53,495 nucleotides of DNA. It comes from Prorocentrum cordatum (lineage: Eukaryota). The DNA lies in NCBI GenBank assembly GCA_963575745.1, contig CAUYUJ010000311.1, forward strand, positions 62,001 through 115,495. Direction: 5' to 3'. A program made the translations under genes and the position numbers. Every line of letters begins with the position of its first letter. The stretch's first letter is position 1. The notes beneath the pieces are model-generated. The model worked only from the letters and a program-made list of their open reading frames with translations. It made no database searches and was not told where the DNA came from. Shown here piece by piece: positions 46,549 to 53,495 of this stretch.

Positions 46549-47840
46549 TCTGCCAAGGTAACTTGAAGAATGCGAAGAGCTTTGCTGAGCTAGTCCGAGA
46601 GACAAACCGAGTTCAGACCTGGATGCAACAGACGAGCGCGCAGAATGATTTCGAATCAGTTTCTGTGCGCATCAGCTGTGTAGCTCTCTGACAGCACCTG
46701 TCAAGATAACTCGAACAATACGAATGGGTTTGCGAACCTAGCTCGAGTAGCACACCGAGTTCAGACCTCTGAATGCGACAAGCGGACGCGCCTCATGTCC
46801 GAATCGATTCCTGTGATTATGCCCCCTGCAGCCCCCCTACAGACCGATTTCAGTGCAGAAACCCGACAGCACCTCCCAAGATGACTCGATCAATACGAAT
46901 AGTTTCGCGAACCTAGCTCGAGTAGCAGACCGAGTTCAGTCCTCTAAATGCGACACGCGAACGCGCCTGATGTCTCCGAATCGATTCCTCTGATTATGAG
47001 CCCTGTAGCCCCCAACAGCCCGAGTTAAGTGCAGAAAACCGACAGCACCTCTCAAGATGACTCGAACAGTACGAATAGTTCGCGACCTAGCTCTGGCAGT
47101 AGACCAAGTTCAGAGCTCTGAATTAACAGACAAACGCGCCCGATGATTCTGAATCGGTTTCTGTAAGTATAAGCTCTGTAGCTGTGCTACAGCTCGAGTT
47201 AAGCACAAAAAACCGACAACGTCTGTCAAGATGACTCGAATAATACGAATAGGTTTGCGGACCTAGCTAAGCTAGCAGACCGAGTTCAGACCTCTGGATG
47301 CGACAGACGAACGCGCCTGATCATTCTGAATCGATAAGGTGTGCTTACCAGCTCAGTAGCTGTCCTGTATCTCGAGTTGAGTCCAATATACCGACAGCGC
47401 GTATCAAGATGACTCGAAACGGCCGATCCCGCCACAGTGCTTTTCGATAGTAAGATTCACCCGATCTAGCTTAGATCAAGATGGCGAGCGGGAATAAGAT
47501 CGAACATCACGGGAAAAAATACTAGAGCTCAAACGAATGTTCAAATTTTGAGAACATAATTTTCAAGAGAGAGCTTCTCGAAGCATTTCTCGAAAAATTG
47601 AACATTGATTTTGTAAATGTCGAAATCAAATTGGTTTCCCAAATTGTTTCGGTAGTGAAAGAGCGCCTAGAAAGCTCATACTAAGACGCTGGAGCTCTCA
47701 TAACCTTTTACAGGTGCGAAAAATCTGCTTTCTCAAAATGAATTGTCAAACGGCAACCGGCGGTGAACCGTCAACCAGGTTCTAGGCGTTCTAGGCGGGC
47801 CCTAGCAGGGTTAAGCTCCTTAGGAGCCCCAGACCCAGTC

Positions 47841-50800
47841 CTACAGGGGATATCCTGACAAACTCAGGATATGCACCACTCCTAAAAGGAGCTCTCGGGC
47901 AGCTTCTAACTCAGCCTCTGTGATAGTGCATTGCGCTGGGAGAAGGAAGCTTTTGAGACCTACATTCTGGCGCCAGCCAGTCTGATTATAGTAAGAAGAA
48001 GAGGGGAGAGCACTACACACATAGCAATCCAGATACCAGCCACAGCCTACACCAAGAATCGATCTCCCACCATCAAAGCCTCCTTTGATCCCCGAGATCA
48101 CAACTTTACAAACTTTCACTTCCTGAAGAAAACAAGTGTCATAATGTTCGTAACATTCACCTCTCCGCGCGGTCCACGTTAATTCATCGGCACGAGTATT
48201 GCCCTCCCTATACACCCACTTCCACACGTTCCGTCCTAAATTGGCAGCTCGTAGTCCACATCTGTCGGCTAGATCGTTTGTAGTGTCCTGCGCCCACATC
48301 ACGCGGCTAGCATCCTTTCTATTAGTGATACTACTCAAGCCCTCCAACCACCTGATCACACATTGTGAATCCCCCATCAGTTCCACAGAAATTTTCCCTG
48401 GCACGAACTCAAATTCAGTATGATCCTGGAATATAGCAATGAGACGTTTGGCAAACTTATCTGGGTCCTCCTGCTTCTTAATCGTCTCCTCCTCCTCCGA
48501 CTCCTTCCAGGGCATAGGGTCTTTCAATACACAAAGGTTCAACATCTCAGGAGCGTCCTTCAAGACAGTCCTCCCAAAGAATATCCAGCTAGCCTCATCC
48601 CAAGCAATACCGTCGATCCAGAACTTCCCCGCCACCTCTTCGAACACCCTGGCCCACGGACACATACCCAGAAGCTTGGTTGACTGTCCCCTGGCTCTCG
48701 TCACCTCCCGTGCACTCTGCGTGTCAAGAGTCGCAATAAAGTCATCCCGTCTAGCAGTCCATTCGAAACCTGCATGCAGCATGAGAAGCCTACTTTGAGC
48801 ACCTCGGTCAACATGCTCCCCTTCACGAAAACGAAGCTTTCTCCCTGGAAATCGACCCTGCTTCTCCTGGACCCTGGTCTGCAACCTGGACGTGTTCTGA
48901 GACAACCCTTCACAAGCACGTTTTGCCTCCCTGATGAGAGCACTCTTCCTCTTCCTCCTGTTTGGCTCCTCCACCTCCACCTCCATCATCTCCTCCTCCA
49001 CGCTCTTCCCAATCAACTGAGACCCTCCCGTTGCAGAGATGCTCGAGTCCTGCAGCGAGTCTGGCATATTTTCAAAGCACTCCGTGGCAATATCCTTGGC
49101 CCACAAGAACTGCTTGTGCAGGTACAGCTGGACCAAGGACGGTTTCCCTTCCTTGAGTAGCATCGAGCGCCCACGTCGAAACATACGTGTGATGAAGGTC
49201 GCGAAGTCCTCTCCGTTGCGCTTCTGGCGCCAGCACATGCGAGAGAGCATATTGCCCTCCTCCTTATGTAGAAGTCTCAAAACACCAATATCTGAAGATG
49301 AACCCTCAACTCAATAAAGAATCTGAACTCTCACTCTTGCATCATATATTTTGAATTTTCGTCGCCAAGGAATGACCATACTCTGATAATATCGTCGATC
49401 TCGCCAAAAAGCTGAAATACCTTTTTGCAGTCTGTATCGAATATCGTGATAGTCATCGAGTGTTCTATTCAACTTCGTGCCCAAAACGATGATCTCGTCA
49501 ACCTGCTTAAGTTCCACAGTGGTCTGGTTGACAGCTTCAGATGGCGACACATCCAGAGCCCCATTTGAACTTCCACACATATGGTTTCTAACACCCGAGC
49601 TTGAACTTCCACACATATGGTTTCTAACACCTGAGCTGGAACTTCCCAATCTCTCCAGTCCTGGTGGTGTCATGGTAACCGTGAGCGGGTCGAAGACATT
49701 CTTCAGCGCGCCAATGTCCATATACTCGAGCGAGGTAGGCTTCCATCTGAGTCCCCATGCATGTAGTGGTACAGTGAGCTGCCAGATCATCTCCCTCAGT
49801 GCTGGTCTAGAATCAGCAATCAAAACAAAATTATCCGCCCAAATGAAGTGCGAGATCGTAATAGAAGCAGCCTCATGTGATAGCTTCAGGCCTATACCTT
49901 TTTGTTCCCAGTCCGAGAGCACCCTGCCCAAACATGCAATCGTGACAATATTCCAAATATCAGGGCCTTCAAGGGACCCCGTTTTGATACATGAGCTCCA
50001 CGGTAGGCTTGCTGATTCCACTGGACCAAATCGAAAAGTCGCCGTTACATCTGCATTCTGCTCCAAGATCGCATACGCTAGCTCTGGGTCAACATTAATA
50101 TCATACATCGCTCTGTCTGCCATCGGTATCGTGATGTTGTCAAAGGCGCATTCAACATCTAGAACTCCCACACATGCATTCTCGTGCTTCCCCCAGAGCC
50201 TGGCGTGCCTAATCAAGTTCTTCAATCCTGCTGTTATCTCCCTGCATTTCCGTCCCTCATGAAATCCATACAAATTGATTCCCGTCCGAGGCGTATTCTG
50301 TTCAACATGACGATTGAGTAAGATACACAAACACGCCGTATACCATTTCGAAAGCACGCTATTGAGAGCCAAAGTACGCGTACTGGTGAACTCTGGCTTC
50401 TTCGTATCCTTCAAGATGAGTGTAGCTAGTAAGTTTCTCCAAGACGGCGGTGACTGCAATCGTCTATCATACAGCTGCTGGAAACAATCCAAGACCACTC
50501 TGAGGGCCTCCCAAGATAGGCTGCGTAAAAGAGCTGCTGATATACCGTCATAGCCAACTGCCTTGCCCACCTTGAGGCGAGCTCTCGCTTTATGTAGAAT
50601 ACTCATCGTGATGGGAGAAGAATCTGCATTGAGTCGAGTGTGCTGGATTGCTCGCTGCTTAAGTCGAGCCAAGCATTCTACATTTTGTTGATGGAGTGTT
50701 TGGCTGGAGTATTTCACCCGGGCGATTTTGGCGATTTCCGCTTTCCAGGACTCTCGATTCTCTGTCATGGTACCGTCAATTTTCATGTGTGTGACGACTG

Positions 50801-52188
50801 TGTGTGGTTTACCCTCATCCCGATACTTATGTTCCAAGATACGCCTACGAAGTTCACGTCGGACCCGATTCCACCTACGCCGAGAATCTTTGAACTCCTT
50901 CTCATCCACCTCCCCCTTTCTTCCACCTCTTGTGCACCCCATAGTGGTAGTCCCGAACCTCCTTCTCCTCCTCCGTGAGTTTCAGATCGTTGCCAATCGA
51001 GGTCTTCAGCTCGAAGAGCTTTTTGTCCTCAACCGCACCAGCCTTCAATCGCTCCTCGAAGATATCTAAAGAGATCGTCCCCCACCTAGTCCTGCACACA
51101 TGCTGCTCCATCAACCCCTCCTGGTCCTCAACCTTCTCCTCGCCTCTATCCCTCCTCCTTTTCGTCGCTCTTCTCCTATCACACTCACCGTTCGAAATCC
51201 CCAAGACACGCTCAGCAATAACACGACGCACTTCCACATCTTTCCCTGGAATTGGTCTCCATCTCGCCAGGCTGCCAAGAACACGAGGTCCTTTACCAAC
51301 ACGAGCAGGGGGTCCAGGGAGAAAACAACTAACCATCTTATGATCACTCCAACGGTCTACTCTCTTATCTCCGAGCGGCTTGATAAAATCGCATCTGGGG
51401 TCTCGTCCAGTGTGACACCAATCCTTCGGTACAGCTATGTAGTCCAGGACCTTATATGTGTTCATGCTACTTCGGAAAGTCGTACATCTCTCACCGTGAG
51501 TGTTTATCAGGGTCAACTGCAGACGTGCCATGGCCATGCACAAGCTCCTACTCATGTAGTATCTGTACTTCTCACGCATTTTCTCAAACCCTCCCTGGCT
51601 GCTCTTACCTGTGGAGGCCTGCACACCTTTCCCCGTGACCTGCACCCTATCAATGGTGACATCCTGATGGACCTCAACATTCGCATCCATCATGATTACA
51701 ACCTCTTTTATCCCAAACTTTTTCCTAAGCTCGATGATCGTCTCAACAAGCTCTAACAAGATGTCCTGATAGAAAGTAAACATACGATCCATTTGGGCGG
51801 CTGGACGCCCATAGAACTCTACATGAGGTAGATACAATGAGGCAACTATTAGAGCACCGATTCTGGGACCCCGAAGGGCAACAACAACGAATCTTCTACG
51901 CTCTCTAGTCTCAAGAATGCTATCCTGCAACCCATTTGCAATCAAAACCCCTGCAGTCCCCTCAATACATCTGCGATCGCGAGCATCATCCCCAAGAACA
52001 TGTTGCGTGGACCACTTAGCTTCATACCCTAATTCGTGCACGAGGTACGACGGTACATTCTGGCACTCCTGGAGGCCGATAAGTTCCATCCCCTCATGTT
52101 TCAAGAAACCCAGGGCATGCGATGTTTCAACCCCATCACCCTTCATTTTGATATTCCACGATGCGGTCCGAATCCGCTGTGGCCGTCG
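47841..52188 (-). pseudogene. E4 ORF2 (APE, RT, permuted RNase H) in three pieces: 50902-52188, 49311-50942, 47841-49280
   Basis: ASWNI, LQE, SLYLP, MDAN, LDY, SDH; LDVECAFD, IKTGSLEGP, WADN; GDSQ...REGNTRAD...FDGG...TEAELEA. Includes a 36-bp in-frame duplication (SSSSGVRNHMCG). Confidence 0.88.
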
Positions 52189-53448
52189 TCAGAAACGATT
52201 ATGTTGGTTGAGTTCGGTCTGCCAGTTCGCAACGTGGATCGACGTGCTGATCTTCTCAACCTCGGAGGTCTTCAGCTTCCACCCCTCCTCAGATGACCAC
52301 GTGCCCAAGCATACCCTGTTGCTCATATCATTTTTGTTAGGAAAGCCCCAGGCCCAGGAAATACTGGGTGGTCCATATTCCACCCGCACAGTAGCATTCT
52401 GCTCTTGAGGAGTACTGCCCTTGCGCTTGTGATACGTAGCGATGAGCTTCGATCCCGCTTGTATTTGTTGAACTTTCCATAAGGCCGTCTCCACCTTCAC
52501 ACTGATGTAACTCTGAATCGCTGGACCAAACTTATCATCAGCCCAGAGCTCTCCAGTCCTGGACGTAACTGCTTCATGAATAGCACGTTGCAGATTCCAA
52601 ATCTGATATTTCGTAATGCTGGTCTCAAGAAAGAACTTGATCCTGAACAAGCCGTATGGTTTGCGTGTATTCTCTCTCTGAGTCGCTATATCATCAAGAA
52701 CTTTCACTGGCACCTGCTTCGAGCGATCTTCAAATTTACAAAAGATATTCTCCACCATCCACGTGACAATCCTAGTACCCCTTTCCTCCGACATGATGTT
52801 GTTTGTCCTCGCCGTCAGGTCCCTCGGATCTCCTGAAGTCCAGCCTTGCAGACTGATCCATCCTGGTTTGAAATCGGCCCTGGTTTTGTTCCATTCAACG
52901 CGTGAGGCTGTGAATCTCGTTGAACCTGATGATCCTGCCTCCGACGGTGGCGCACCCGTTCCAACACCAAGATTCTGAGGGGGGTGTCCTTGGATGGCGG
53001 CAAAGAGCTGTGCATGTATTTTCTTCTGATCTTCTTGGCCCTTCTGAAGATCTGAGATATCTTTCCGCAGCGGTTCCAATTCACGATGCACATCCTTGAC
53101 CATCTCATTCTTAATATCTGTGAAAGTCGCCTTCAACTCATCTTTCATCGAAGAAAATTCACCTCTAAGAATTGAAATCGTAACAACCTGCTCCTCACCA
53201 ACTGCTGCGCCTCTACCGAGACCTTTTGCGACAACATGGCGTGGGGACGCTGGCGCACGGGCACGTTTTGTCCGCTCATCCACTCCAGTCTCACCATCAC
53301 GCTTTCCAGGAAGAGCCATATCAGCATCCCCATCCCCCATATGTTGCTGTCCTGATACTACCACTGCTGCTGCCGCCAGTTCTCCTGCTCCCCCTTCTGC
53401 CTGCTGCTGCTGTCGAAGAAGTGCTGCCTGCTGTTCTTCAGACGTCAT
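52189..53448 (-). CDS. E4 ORF1 (coiled coil plus putative RRM-like domain)
   Basis: 419-aa ORF with a heptad region and PGWISLQGW. Confidence 0.8.
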   Translation of the reverse strand: MTSEEQQAALLRQQQQAEGGAGELAAAAVVVSGQQHMGDGDADMALPGKRDGETGVDERTKRARAPASPRHVVAKGLGRGAAVGEEQVVTISILRGEFSSMKDELKATFTDIKNEMVKDVHRELEPLRKDISDLQKGQEDQKKIHAQLFAAIQGHPPQNLGVGTGAPPSEAGSSGSTRFTASRVEWNKTRADFKPGWISLQGWTSGDPRDLTARTNNIMSEERGTRIVTWMVENIFCKFEDRSKQVPVKVLDDIATQRENTRKPYGLFRIKFFLETSITKYQIWNLQRAIHEAVTSRTGELWADDKFGPAIQSYISVKVETALWKVQQIQAGSKLIATYHKRKGSTPQEQNATVRVEYGPPSISWAWGFPNKNDMSNRVCLGTWSSEEGWKLKTSEVEKISTSIHVANWQTELNQHNRF

Positions 53449-53495
53449 TTCTGGAATGGCAAGGTGATTACCGACGTATCTGGTTCCTGGACGAT

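Larger units (their letters stand above)
22388..47770 (-). repeat. Field of nested or tandem Helentron-like non-autonomous elements (family H1, about 1.15-1.2 kb, with internal subrepeats of about 176 bp; plus H2 pieces), interrupted by E2, E3 and an 89-bp-repeat element
   Basis: Asymmetric inverted repeat ACTCGTAGAGCTTCC / GGAAGCTCTACGAGT and terminal hairpin CGGCGGTAA-N14-TTACCGCCG. Near-complete copies at 30633-33702, 34118-35332, 35567-36784 and 38312-39456. Subrepeat starts at about 29265, 29441, 29613 and 29789. Confidence 0.75.
47782..53495 (-). mobile_element. Non-LTR retrotransposon E4; 5' end lies outside the window and ORF2 is frameshifted
   Basis: 3' junction after CGGCGGTGAACCGTCAACCAGGTT (ending 47781). 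ORF1 plus a broken ORF2. Confidence 0.9.

Overview
Repeat-dense eukaryotic DNA, almost certainly from a dinoflagellate: there are relict dinoflagellate spliced-leader sequences at 5384-5399 (+) and 46522-46548 (-). I found no intact host gene. The window is dominated by four mutually divergent non-LTR retrotransposons on the minus strand (E1 9505-15626, E2 23508-29145, E3 40864-46545, E4 47782-end) and three non-autonomous relatives (A, B, C). These sit in a field of Helitron/Helentron-like non-autonomous elements and satellites, with a disrupted KDZ-type transposase gene at 5.5-7.3 kb. All four retroelements share three unusual features. (1) ORF1 and ORF2 are in the same frame, separated only by TGA-CGR, and the endonuclease WN motif lies upstream of any ATG, which implies stop-codon readthrough. 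(2) The RT has WADN in place of Y/FADD and [RK]TGxxE[AG]P in place of QGxxLSP. (3) The C-terminal RNase H has its halves in circularly permuted order. Six of the seven retro-insertions (E1, E2, E4, A, B, C) sit at the same CAACC position in the loop of the host repeat's terminal hairpin, sometimes stacked head-to-tail. I cannot run database searches, so novelty is a judgement and has not been verified.
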